The notes beneath the pieces are model-generated. The model did no database searches. It was not told the origin of the DNA and saw only the letters and a program-made list of their open reading frames with translations. Positions 1-7,761 of a DNA stretch of 64,000 nt are shown piece by piece (position 1 is the first letter of the stretch; every line of letters starts with the position of its first letter). Location of the stretch: the NCBI GenBank assembly GCA_964531975.1, contig CAZHFU010000011.1, positions 36,233 to 100,232 on the forward strand, given 5' to 3'. The position numbers were made by a program, and so were the translations under genes. Source of the stretch: an uncultured Anaerolinea sp. (lineage in GTDB: Bacteria > Chloroflexota > Anaerolineae > Anaerolineales > UBA4823).

Positions 1-11
1 ATGCGGCCAGT

Positions 12-308
12 GTGAGCCAGAAGGACTACCTGGTAAAGGCGCACGATTACAGCATCGAAGAAGCCGGTGCGAACGCCATCGCCCACCTGGTGGATGGCGA
101 TTACACTCGGGCGGTGAAGCTGCTGCCCTTCTTTGCCCACTGCAAGACGCGCGGTATCACCAAGTTTTCTGACGCCCGCCGCATCCTGGAAGCTTGCAAT
201 GGCGACCCGATCACCGCCACCCGCAAGGTGGAAAGCGACATCGACGAGAAAGCGCGCGCCAAAGTCGCTACTCCGCGGCCCCAGGCCAACCAGCCGGCGG
301 CCCGCTAA
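12..308 (+). CDS. hypothetical phage protein (frame open to window edge, start uncertain)
   Basis: 98-aa ORF with a GTG start in the track. The reading frame is open back to position 3. No recognisable motif. Confidence 0.4.
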   Translation: MSQKDYLVKAHDYSIEEAGANAIAHLVDGDYTRAVKLLPFFAHCKTRGITKFSDARRILEACNGDPITATRKVESDIDEKARAKVATPRPQANQPAAR

Positions 309-357
309 TCCTTTCCTGCCTTGGCCGGGTGGGCGGTTAAACCCGGCGGAGAAACCC

Positions 358-528
358 ATGCGACGTTTGTTCTTTGCACTGATCGTCATTGCATCCCTGC
401 TGAAGGGCTGCGCCGGCGGCGATCCGACCTCGGACCCCACCATGGACCCGCTGGACGCCACCGCCACCTTTGGGGCCGAGGTATTCGCCACACAGATCAC
501 CGCGCTCACCACAACACCTGAACCTTAG
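358..528 (+). CDS. small lipoprotein (56 aa), Pro/Thr-rich mature part
   Basis: Internal ATG of ORF 133-528 preceded by GGAGA. Signal peptide MRRLFFALIVIASLLKG-C has a lipobox. The mature part is DPTSDPTMDP...TTTPEP. Confidence 0.5.
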   Translation: MRRLFFALIVIASLLKGCAGGDPTSDPTMDPLDATATFGAEVFATQITALTTTPEP

Positions 529-548
529 CCCATTTACAAGGAGACCAC

Positions 549-983
549 ATGCAAATCACCCAATCCCCCATGTTATTTGTCGGATACGAAAGCCTGGAAG
601 AGTGGGCGCGCGTCATCCAAAAACAACAGCCCGTATATGCCATGCTCACACACGAGCCTGGCCGTGTCGATGAAAACGGCATGCACATCGACACCCTGGT
701 AATCCACGTGTCGCAGCCCGATCCCGAACAGATGTTAGTGCATTACTGCCGTATGCCCGTCGGCCAGATCACCTACATCCGTCATCAGCCCTTTGATCCC
801 GATCACAAGCAGCGCTCAGCGCGCGCCGAAGACGCCTTTGACGCTGTGCAGGCCTGGCTGGAAGAACACGAGTTCTCCGTTATCCCTGGCATGATCGCCA
901 TGCCCCAGGGCTATCGCTACCTGGAAGGCTGGGCGGGCTTTATAAAGTGGGACCCGGTAAAGGACACTTACGTACGCAGCTAA
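549..983 (+). CDS. hypothetical phage protein
   Basis: 144-aa ORF. RBS AAGGAGA lies 6 nt upstream of the ATG and a terminator follows. Confidence 0.6.
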   Translation: MQITQSPMLFVGYESLEEWARVIQKQQPVYAMLTHEPGRVDENGMHIDTLVIHVSQPDPEQMLVHYCRMPVGQITYIRHQPFDPDHKQRSARAEDAFDAVQAWLEEHEFSVIPGMIAMPQGYRYLEGWAGFIKWDPVKDTYVRS

Positions 984-1001
984 GGCCCGTTTGCACGCAA
1001 A

Positions 1002-1040
1002 CAAAAGCGGCCGCCATTCGTTGGCGGCCGCTTTTGTTTC
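1002..1040 (+). terminator. intrinsic terminator
   Basis: Stem CAAAAGCGGCCGCC / GGCGGCCGCTTTTG with a 6-7 nt loop, followed by TTTCGTT. Confidence 0.7.
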
Positions 1041-1096
1041 GTTAGCAAAAAAGTTCTAACCTGCCTTATAATTACACCAGAGCGAAGCAGGTAGAA

Positions 1097-1483
1097 TTGA
1101 CCCAAACCAAGAAAACCGATCCTGCATTGAGCGATCTGCTGCTGCCAGAGCAGATATCTCAGATGCGCCGCATGTTGGTGGAGTTGACCGGCCAGGGGTT
1201 CGGGCGGCTGGAGATCGTCGTCGAGCGAGGCCGCTTGAAGCGCCTTTGCCCGGTGCGGCTGGTGCGTAGGCCTGGCCCACCCGGGCGCTTCTCGACTGGC
1301 GAAAGCGGAGACGCTTGGGATGAGTGGCAGGGAGAATTGAGCGCCGGCCTGGCAGACGTGATGGCGGCCGGCTGGGGCATGGTGTGCATCGCCATCGAGC
1401 ACGGGCGGGTGATCGGCATCGACATCGCCCCATCCATACCCGCCGCCTCCCCAGGCGGCGTCCAACCCATGGTGTCAGCATAG
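1097..1483 (+). CDS. hypothetical protein; positional candidate late-gene regulator
   Basis: 128-aa ORF with a TTG start in the track. Two internal copies of a G-x-G-x-[LI]-x-I-x-[VI]-E-[RH]-G-R motif resemble YezD/DUF2292 small proteins (from memory, unverified). It lies immediately upstream of the promoter/terminator cassette. Confidence 0.45.
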   Translation: MTQTKKTDPALSDLLLPEQISQMRRMLVELTGQGFGRLEIVVERGRLKRLCPVRLVRRPGPPGRFSTGESGDAWDEWQGELSAGLADVMAAGWGMVCIAIEHGRVIGIDIAPSIPAASPGGVQPMVSA

Positions 1484-1500
1484 AAAATATTTGCTATAAT
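1472..1500 (+). promoter_or_regulatory. sigma70-type promoter with extended -10
   Basis: GTGTCA, 17 nt spacer, TGcTATAAT (TATAAT at 1495-1500). Confidence 0.5.
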
Positions 1501-1547
1501 TAGAACAGCAGGGGATACCCTGTAACCCTCCGCAGAGTGGTAAACCA

Positions 1548-1599
1548 CCGGGAGCGTTGTTGCCAGAAAATCTGGCGGCATCGTTCCCGGTTTTCGTTT
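1548..1599 (+). terminator. intrinsic terminator in the late-operon leader
   Basis: 19-bp stem 1548-1566 / 1572-1590 (1 mismatch, 3 G-U pairs), loop AAAAT, tail TTTTCGTTT. Confidence 0.65.
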
Positions 1600-1645
1600 A
1601 ACCACCTGGCCCCATTGGTCGATCACGAGAAAAGGAGTGCAAAGA

Positions 1646-1969
1646 ATGGAAGCGCAACCGTTGACCCCCGAAACCCTGGCTGTGGTGGCCGGTATGGCGA
1701 TCTCGCTCATCAGCTCGTACTTCCCTGCCGCGCGGCGCTGGATGGATCAGCGCAGCGGAGACGAGAAGCGCCAGGTGATGTTGATCGCCACGATCCTGAC
1801 AGGGATGGCGATCTTTGGTATGAGCTGCACCGGCGTGCTGGGCGATCTGCTCGGTCTGTCATTGGCCTGCAACCAGGCAGGAGTTATTCTGCTGGTGCGG
1901 GTGATCTTCATTGGGGCCGTGGCCAACCAGGCGACCTACGACCTCTCGCCGCGTGCTCGTGGTTCCTGA
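1646..1969 (+). CDS. putative holin (multi-TM small protein)
   Basis: ATG 8 nt after AAAGGAG. About 107 aa with 2-3 hydrophobic helices. First gene of a cluster that ends in an M23 endolysin. Confidence 0.45.
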   Translation: MEAQPLTPETLAVVAGMAISLISSYFPAARRWMDQRSGDEKRQVMLIATILTGMAIFGMSCTGVLGDLLGLSLACNQAGVILLVRVIFIGAVANQATYDLSPRARGS

Positions 1970-2243
1970 GATTTTGGCCGCCGCCAACGCCGCCCTGGCC
2001 GGAGCGCTGACGGCTGTTGCGTTCGTGGATTGGCTGCACCATCGCCGGGCATCCTGGGCCTGGATCAAGCTGGGCCAGGTGGCTGTCGGTGTATATTGGT
2101 GCAGCCTATACCTATTTGTGGTGGTGGGAGGTGTGGCCGACGCAGCCTGGTTCGGCCAGACCATCGTTCGCCCATCCATAACCATCACCATCGGAGTCAT
2201 GCTGGCCGGAGCGATTAGAGGGCTCAGGAGCCGCCGCCCATGA
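1953..2243 (+). CDS. small membrane protein (second holin/antiholin-like); start uncertain
   Basis: ORF 1911-2243 has 3 predicted TM helices. GTG 1953 is chosen only to minimise overlap. Confidence 0.35.
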   Translation: MLVVPEILAAANAALAGALTAVAFVDWLHHRRASWAWIKLGQVAVGVYWCSLYLFVVVGGVADAAWFGQTIVRPSITITIGVMLAGAIRGLRSRRP

Positions 2244-2836
2244 GCATCACCTTCAAAGATGTTATCGAAATCCTGGCCGTGTTAGGCTCGCTGTTGATGT
2301 CGTATTCTGCCTATCGCAAATGGCATCCTGAGAGCCGCAAGCTGGATGCTGAGGCGGACAACTTGCACGAGGAATCCGCCGACAAAGCCGCCGAACGCTA
2401 CCTCAAAGCCATCGACCGGGTGGGAAAACTGGAGACGCAGTTGGAACAGCAGCAAACGCTTATCGCCGAATTGACTCGCAAAGACGCCGAAAGAAGCGTG
2501 TTGATCGCCGATCTAGAACAAGACCGCGCTGCCTTGCGAGAGCGGCAGGATGCGTTGGAGAGCGAAAACCGCTGCCTGAAGGCTGATAACGAGGCCATGC
2601 GCCTGCAGGTCTCGAAGCTGCGCGAGCGCCAGGATGCGCTTGAGAGTGAAAACAGGAGCCTGCGCGCAGAGAACGCCCAGCAGCGCAACGAAATGTCCAG
2701 CCTGCAGGAACGCGTCATCGTATTTGAGGCGGACAACGCCGAGCTGCGCGAGCTGGTATCGAAGCTCACCGCCCAGGTGGCCGAGATGGGCGGCGAACCG
2801 GTGAAGCCCAAACGGGCAGGAGGTCGGCACACATGA
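2240..2836 (+). CDS. N-terminal TM plus coiled-coil protein (Rz/i-spanin-like architecture)
   Basis: ATGA overlap with the upstream gene. TM helix ILAVLGSLLMSYSAY, then heptad-rich sequence with an 84-bp (28-aa) tandem duplication starting at 2534 and 2618 (LRERQDALESENR..). Confidence 0.65.
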   Translation: MSITFKDVIEILAVLGSLLMSYSAYRKWHPESRKLDAEADNLHEESADKAAERYLKAIDRVGKLETQLEQQQTLIAELTRKDAERSVLIADLEQDRAALRERQDALESENRCLKADNEAMRLQVSKLRERQDALESENRSLRAENAQQRNEMSSLQERVIVFEADNAELRELVSKLTAQVAEMGGEPVKPKRAGGRHT

Positions 2837-3531
2837 ACACCCGCCAACTGTTAATTTCCCTGCAACCGCCCGTCAGTGGGCCAATCACTCAGGAGTTTGG
2901 CGAACATCCCGAGGTTTACATACGCTGGAAGATGCCCGGCCATAATGGGCGCGATTATGGCGTGGAGGAAAACACGCCGGTGCATGCCGCCGCCGATGGC
3001 ATTGTGGAGAAGATCGGCTTCGAGAATGGCGGCTTCGGGCAATACATCAAGCTCAAGCATCCGGGCATGGTGTACACCTACTACGCCCACCTGAACAAAG
3101 CCAGCGTCGAGCCGGGAATGCGTGTCAGCGCCGGCGACGTCATCGGGTTGAGCGGCTCCACCGGTTACACCACCGGCCCGCATTTGCACTTCGGCGTCAA
3201 AGGCCCGGGCGGTGACCCCGCGTTTCAGGGGTGGATCGATCCAGCGCCGCTGATGGCTGCCAGCGACGGCCAGGTTATCTCCGACGATGCTCTGCGCCCG
3301 ATCGCCATCGATGCGAGCTTTACTGTGCAAGCAGCAGTGATCAACGTGCGCTCGGGCCCAGGCCTGAGCTATCCGGTGATTGACCGGCTGGCATCCGGCG
3401 CAAGTGTGAAAGGCAAGCGCCTGTACATCGAAACCGGCTGGCTGGAGATTGGCGATGGTCAGTTTTGCGCCGTGGCGTTTGGCGGCGAGACCTATCTCAT
3501 TCAGGAGGTGAGCGATGCACGCACGGATTGA
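2833..3531 (+). CDS. M23 peptidase endolysin with C-terminal SH3b-like domain
   Basis: HNGRD (HxxxD) and PHLHF (HxH) M23 motifs. C-terminal INVRSGPGLSYPVIDRL is SH3b-like. ATGA overlap with the upstream gene. Confidence 0.85.
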   Translation: MNTRQLLISLQPPVSGPITQEFGEHPEVYIRWKMPGHNGRDYGVEENTPVHAAADGIVEKIGFENGGFGQYIKLKHPGMVYTYYAHLNKASVEPGMRVSAGDVIGLSGSTGYTTGPHLHFGVKGPGGDPAFQGWIDPAPLMAASDGQVISDDALRPIAIDASFTVQAAVINVRSGPGLSYPVIDRLASGASVKGKRLYIETGWLEIGDGQFCAVAFGGETYLIQEVSDARTD

Positions 3532-3832
3532 AACCCTGGCGTACCTGTGTTTTTCTGTGGTCATCCTACTGGGGGTGGGGGTGACTTTATCGGCGCTGCA
3601 GCGCCGGCGCAGGTGGAAGGCGCGCGCTGAGCGCATGAAACGCCTGCAGCATACTCGCACCAGCACTCCCGGAATTTCCTGGCCGTGCGAATGCCCCTGC
3701 TGCCCGCTCCGTTTGCACGCAAACGAAGAAACCATCGGGTGCTTGTTTGGCTCGCAGTGGCCAACTGGCGCTCCAGACCCCGCCCAGCAATGGCGCGAGG
3801 CGGCTGAAAAGATGGATACGGAGGATGAATGA
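3515..3832 (+). CDS. small membrane protein
   Basis: 105-aa ORF overlapping the endolysin end. One N-terminal TM helix (LAYLCFSVVILLGVGVTLSAL) and a Cys-rich middle. Confidence 0.4.
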   Translation: MHARIETLAYLCFSVVILLGVGVTLSALQRRRRWKARAERMKRLQHTRTSTPGISWPCECPCCPLRLHANEETIGCLFGSQWPTGAPDPAQQWREAAEKMDTEDE

Positions 3833-4002
3833 GCGCCGCTTTGCAACAACTACATCTCGCCCTGGAAATGCTCAAAGCTCAGAAGCCGAACGACCGCAGC
3901 GAGCGAGACCGGTGCGTTGCGGTAGCGATTACCGACCTGCAGCGCGTGATCGCCTGGTGTTCCATGTACTGTGCAGAAACGGTGGATACGGAGGATGAAT
4001 GA
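3829..4002 (+). CDS. small hypothetical protein (57 aa), below the ORF-track cutoff
   Basis: ATG sits in a duplicated 23-bp junction (TGGATACGGAGGATGAATGAGCG). It has ATGA overlaps at both ends and GC-rich third codon positions. Translation: MSAALQQLHLALEMLKAQKPNDRSERDRCVAVAITDLQRVIAWCSMYCAETVDTEDE. Confidence 0.45.
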   Translation: MSAALQQLHLALEMLKAQKPNDRSERDRCVAVAITDLQRVIAWCSMYCAETVDTEDE

Positions 4003-5255
4003 GCGATAACCTGAAGTTTGACCCACGAAACGCCCGCCGGCACGGCGAAGAAAACAAGAAGCTGATCCGCCAGAGCCTGGAAGAGGTGGGCGCCTTTCGT
4101 TCGATTGCCGTGGATGGGGAAGACATCGTGCGCGCCGGCAACGGGGTGTTCGAACAGGCGCGCGAGCTGGGCCTAAAAGTACGCGTCATCGAAGCCGCGC
4201 CGGACGAACTGATCGCCGTCAAACGACCCGACCTTGTCGGAGATAAGGCCGAGCGCGCCGCCATCCTGGATAACCGCTCCGGCGAGCTGGCCGAATGGGA
4301 CGCCGCAGTGTTACAGGTCATTAAGAGCGAGAACCCTACCGCAATCGAAGGCCTGTGGGATGAGCGCGGCTGGCGAGATCTCCTCAACCAGTTAAACGAT
4401 GAGCCCGTAGAAGGCGAAGACGCCCCACCGGCCAAGCCCGACAAGGCTGTTGAATTGCGCGAGAAGTGGAACACACAGCCAGGCCAGGTGTGGGTGATCC
4501 CGAGCAAGACCACGCCTGGGCGAGTACACCGCCTGATGTGCGGCGACAGCACCCAACCCGAGGATGTGCGCCGCCTGATGGCCGGCCAGCGAGCGGTGTT
4601 ATTCGCCACCGACCCGCCGTATCTCGTCGATTACACCGGTACGAATCACCCCAAGGCGATGGGAAATAAGGACTGGTCGGAGTTCTACAAGGATTGGGAT
4701 TCTTCTACTCAGGGCGTGGAGCTTTACGACGGCTTCATCGCCACAGCCATTGCCGAAGCCATCACCGAGGATGCCGCCTGGTACTGCTGGCATGCGTCAC
4801 GCCGCCAGGCCATGCTTGAGGATTGCTGGGTGCGGCACGGCGCGTTCGTGCACCAGCAGATCATCTGGGTCAAAGACCGACCCACCCTCACCAGGTCGTG
4901 GTATTTGTGGGCGCACGAGCCGTGCCTGATGGGCTGGATCAAAGGCTCGAAGCCTCGCCGCGCCACCGATGAAATCTTGCGCTCGGTGTGGGAACTGAAG
5001 GTCCCTGACGGCGATGAACACGTTGAGCACCCCACACAGAAGCCCATTGAGGTTTTCACTCGCCCGATGCAGCAGCACACCTATCCGGGAGATCTTTGCT
5101 ATGAGCCATTCAGCGGCAGCGGCTCCCAGATCGTCGCCGCTGAAATGATCGGGCGGCTGTGCTTTGCGATGGAAAAAGCGCCCGAGTTCGTAGCTGTTGA
5201 TCTGCAGCGATTTGCCGACATGGGCCTTGAGCCGACTTTGGAAACCAACGAGTAA
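3999..5255 (+). CDS. ParB-like N-terminal domain fused to a DNA N6-adenine/N4-cytosine methyltransferase
   Basis: N-terminal DPRNARRH...IVRAGNG is ParB-like. DPPY motif (LFATDPPYL) precedes FSGSGS, which is beta-class order. Confidence 0.85.
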   Translation: MSDNLKFDPRNARRHGEENKKLIRQSLEEVGAFRSIAVDGEDIVRAGNGVFEQARELGLKVRVIEAAPDELIAVKRPDLVGDKAERAAILDNRSGELAEWDAAVLQVIKSENPTAIEGLWDERGWRDLLNQLNDEPVEGEDAPPAKPDKAVELREKWNTQPGQVWVIPSKTTPGRVHRLMCGDSTQPEDVRRLMAGQRAVLFATDPPYLVDYTGTNHPKAMGNKDWSEFYKDWDSSTQGVELYDGFIATAIAEAITEDAAWYCWHASRRQAMLEDCWVRHGAFVHQQIIWVKDRPTLTRSWYLWAHEPCLMGWIKGSKPRRATDEILRSVWELKVPDGDEHVEHPTQKPIEVFTRPMQQHTYPGDLCYEPFSGSGSQIVAAEMIGRLCFAMEKAPEFVAVDLQRFADMGLEPTLETNE

Positions 5256-5297
5256 ACGACCCTTGCGCGCGCAGAAGTAAAGCTGCTGTGAAACCTG

Positions 5298-6095
5298 ATG
5301 CCTAAGAATCGCTCTGCCACCTTCGACCAGGAAGCGCCGCTGGACCGCATCTCCGGCGAATCCCTGCGGGCCAACCAGGCCTTGCGAGATTACGCCCTGA
5401 TGGGCCCTGGGCGCAGCCTGCGTAAGCTTCTGCGGCAATATCGGGAGCAAAGCGAGAGCAGAACGCGAGCACTGGCGGCCGGCGGGCTGCGACAGCCTGG
5501 CGAAAGCCTGGCCGAGCCGCCCACGGTGCGCGAGGCCAGCCTGATGACCTGGTCGGCCAACTTCCAATGGCAGCAGCGGGTGGCCGCCTGGGACTCGCTG
5601 GTTGAAGTAGAGGTACGCACCCGCTGGAGCAAGCGCAAGGCCGAGCAGGTCGAAAAGGAGTGGGAGTTCCGAGACGCGCTCTTCGACCTGGCATTTGCGA
5701 TCCTGTCGGAAGCGCCCAACTACCACAAGACCACGCGCCGCGTGGTGAAGGCCACCGGGCAGGAGATCATCACCGTGGCGCTGGACGCAGGCCTGGCGCT
5801 GCAGGCTGGCGAGCTGGCATCGAAACTGGGCCGCGCGGCAGTGGGCATGCCGGCCAGTACCAGCCATATCGAACATTCGGGCAGCATCGCCGGGCCAGTT
5901 GGCCCGGCGGCGCCCAACTTTAGCCAGTTGAATGACGATGAGCTTAACTATGCCATCAACAATCTCATCCTTGCCGCGCTCGCAGAGGGAGCAACTCCTG
6001 GCAGCGTTGGTGGAGAAACAACGCAGGAAAGCGTCTCCGACCAGCCAGAGCCAGCCGCCTTCGACGAGCGACCAGGAGAGCCAGCAGAGCAATAG
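5298..6095 (+). CDS. putative terminase small subunit
   Basis: Position directly upstream of the large terminase. N-terminal HTH-like segment (ALRDYALMGPGRSLRKLL). No motif proof. Confidence 0.45.
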   Translation: MPKNRSATFDQEAPLDRISGESLRANQALRDYALMGPGRSLRKLLRQYREQSESRTRALAAGGLRQPGESLAEPPTVREASLMTWSANFQWQQRVAAWDSLVEVEVRTRWSKRKAEQVEKEWEFRDALFDLAFAILSEAPNYHKTTRRVVKATGQEIITVALDAGLALQAGELASKLGRAAVGMPASTSHIEHSGSIAGPVGPAAPNFSQLNDDELNYAINNLILAALAEGATPGSVGGETTQESVSDQPEPAAFDERPGEPAEQ

Positions 6096-7758
6096 CCCGA
6101 CCAGAACGCGGCTTGATCGCCTGACCTGGTCCATCCTGCGCCGCCCGGTTTTGAAGGAAGGCGTATATTTTGATTTAAAGAGCCACTATTACCTGATGGG
6201 CCTGTATGCCTGCCAGAGCCGTGTGATCGTGATCAACAAGGCCAGCCAGATGGGCGCATCGGAGTGGGCCATCAGCGACGTGCTGCACGAGGCCGATGAA
6301 AACGACGCCAACGGGCTATACCTGTTCCCCACCGATGCGCACATCTCGGATTTCTCCAGCGCACGCTTCGGCCCAGCGATCGAGTCGTCGCCGTACCTGA
6401 GCGGCATCGTGATCGATGGCAGCGGCACGCGCTCCGATGGAGAGCGCAAGCGCGGCGCGGACCGGGTGACGCTTAAGCGCGTGCGCAACCGGTTTATCTA
6501 CCTGCGCGGCAGCGTCGTCAAACCCAACGGCCAGGCTCCACAGCTAAAATCCATCGACGCCGACGTGCTGGTGCTGGACGAGGTAGATGAGATGGACGCC
6601 CGCGCCCCAGCCATCGCCGTGAAACGCCTGGGACACTCAGCGCTGGCCCACGAGCGCTGGATCAGCACGCCGACATATGCCGGCTTCGGCATCCACGCCA
6701 AATGGGGCGAAACCGACCAGCGCGAATGGCACGTGCGCTGCGAAGGCTGCGGCGAGCGCCAGCCGCTCACCCTGCGCCAGATGGTGACGGAGTTTGATGC
6801 GCTGGGCCGCCCGCACGCCTGGCACCAGCAAGGCGGAAAGCCATTCATCGCCTGCCGGCGCTGCGGCAAGCCGCTGGATCGCCTGGCGCGCGGTGAGTGG
6901 GTGGCCACCTATTCCGATCGGGAGATTGCCGGGTTCCACATGAGCAAGCTCTTCTCGCCCCTGGCCGACCTGGGCGAGATCATCAAAGCCTTGAACACCA
7001 CCGACGAAACCAAACGCCGCGAGGCCTTCAACCAAGACCTGGGCGAGACCTACACCCCCAAAGGCGGCCAGATCACCGATGACATCCTGGAGTCATGCCG
7101 GCGAGACGACCTGGTGTATCAGCCATTCCTCGAGGAAGATACCTTTGCCGGCATCGACGTGGGGCGAGTGCTGCACATGGTCATCCGCGGCCCGCGCCAC
7201 CCCGAGACCGGCGAGCGCCCGCTGCGCTTCGCTGGCGAGGTAGATAGCTTCGATGCCGCCCGGAACCTGCTGTCCGCATATCGCGCCCGCCGGGTAGTGA
7301 TAGACGCCCTGCCAGAAACGCGCATGGCGCGCAAGCTGCAGGCTGAGTATCGCTATGGATCGGTGTTTCTGGCGTACTACGTGGGCCAGGCCGCCGGCAG
7401 CAAAGACGCCGATCCATACAACTGGGACTATGCCAAGGGCGTGGTGAACATGGACCGCACCCGCACCCTGGATGCGACCTACGCCAGGTTCTTTTCCGGC
7501 GAAAATACCCTGCACGCCAGCATCCGCAGCGTGCCCGACTACTATAACCATCTCAAAGCGCTGGTGCGCGTGATCGAAACCACCAAGACCGGCGACAAAG
7601 TGGCGGTGTACGTGCAATCAGGGCCCGACCACTACGCCCATGCTGAGAACTACTGCACCGCGGCCAGCAGCGACAGCTCGGCCGCCATCATGGATTTCTA
7701 CCGGCGGCGCACCAGCTTAGCGCCAACCAGCGATGTAGACGACGGCAAGGAGGAATAA
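5932..7758 (+). CDS. terminase large subunit (GpA/lambda-A-like); start uncertain
   Basis: VLVLDEVDEM Walker B. CEGCGERQ...CRRCGKP zinc motif typical of the GpA family. The track start overlaps the upstream ORF by 164 nt. Confidence 0.85.
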   Translation: MTMSLTMPSTISSLPRSQREQLLAALVEKQRRKASPTSQSQPPSTSDQESQQSNSPTRTRLDRLTWSILRRPVLKEGVYFDLKSHYYLMGLYACQSRVIVINKASQMGASEWAISDVLHEADENDANGLYLFPTDAHISDFSSARFGPAIESSPYLSGIVIDGSGTRSDGERKRGADRVTLKRVRNRFIYLRGSVVKPNGQAPQLKSIDADVLVLDEVDEMDARAPAIAVKRLGHSALAHERWISTPTYAGFGIHAKWGETDQREWHVRCEGCGERQPLTLRQMVTEFDALGRPHAWHQQGGKPFIACRRCGKPLDRLARGEWVATYSDREIAGFHMSKLFSPLADLGEIIKALNTTDETKRREAFNQDLGETYTPKGGQITDDILESCRRDDLVYQPFLEEDTFAGIDVGRVLHMVIRGPRHPETGERPLRFAGEVDSFDAARNLLSAYRARRVVIDALPETRMARKLQAEYRYGSVFLAYYVGQAAGSKDADPYNWDYAKGVVNMDRTRTLDATYARFFSGENTLHASIRSVPDYYNHLKALVRVIETTKTGDKVAVYVQSGPDHYAHAENYCTAASSDSSAAIMDFYRRRTSLAPTSDVDDGKEE

Positions 7759-7761
7759 GCC

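Noticed and set aside
2851-3849. Long antisense or off-frame ORFs throughout the window. Examples: 2851-3849(-), 4797-6134(-), 15866-16927(-), 26586-28172(-), 34226-35530(+), 55091-55942(-), 21481-22242(-).
   Set aside because: They lie opposite or out of frame to genes with clear motifs. Their translations are Arg/Gly/Pro/His-rich low-complexity sequence typical of shadow ORFs in high-GC DNA. They have no RBS.
5932-6095. The 164-nt overlap between the putative small and large terminase ORFs, as a possible programmed frameshift or fusion.
   Set aside because: There is no slippery motif. Both frames have similar third-position GC. The overlap is most simply explained by the large-subunit start lying downstream (candidates CTG 6121, TTG 6151, ATG 6196).
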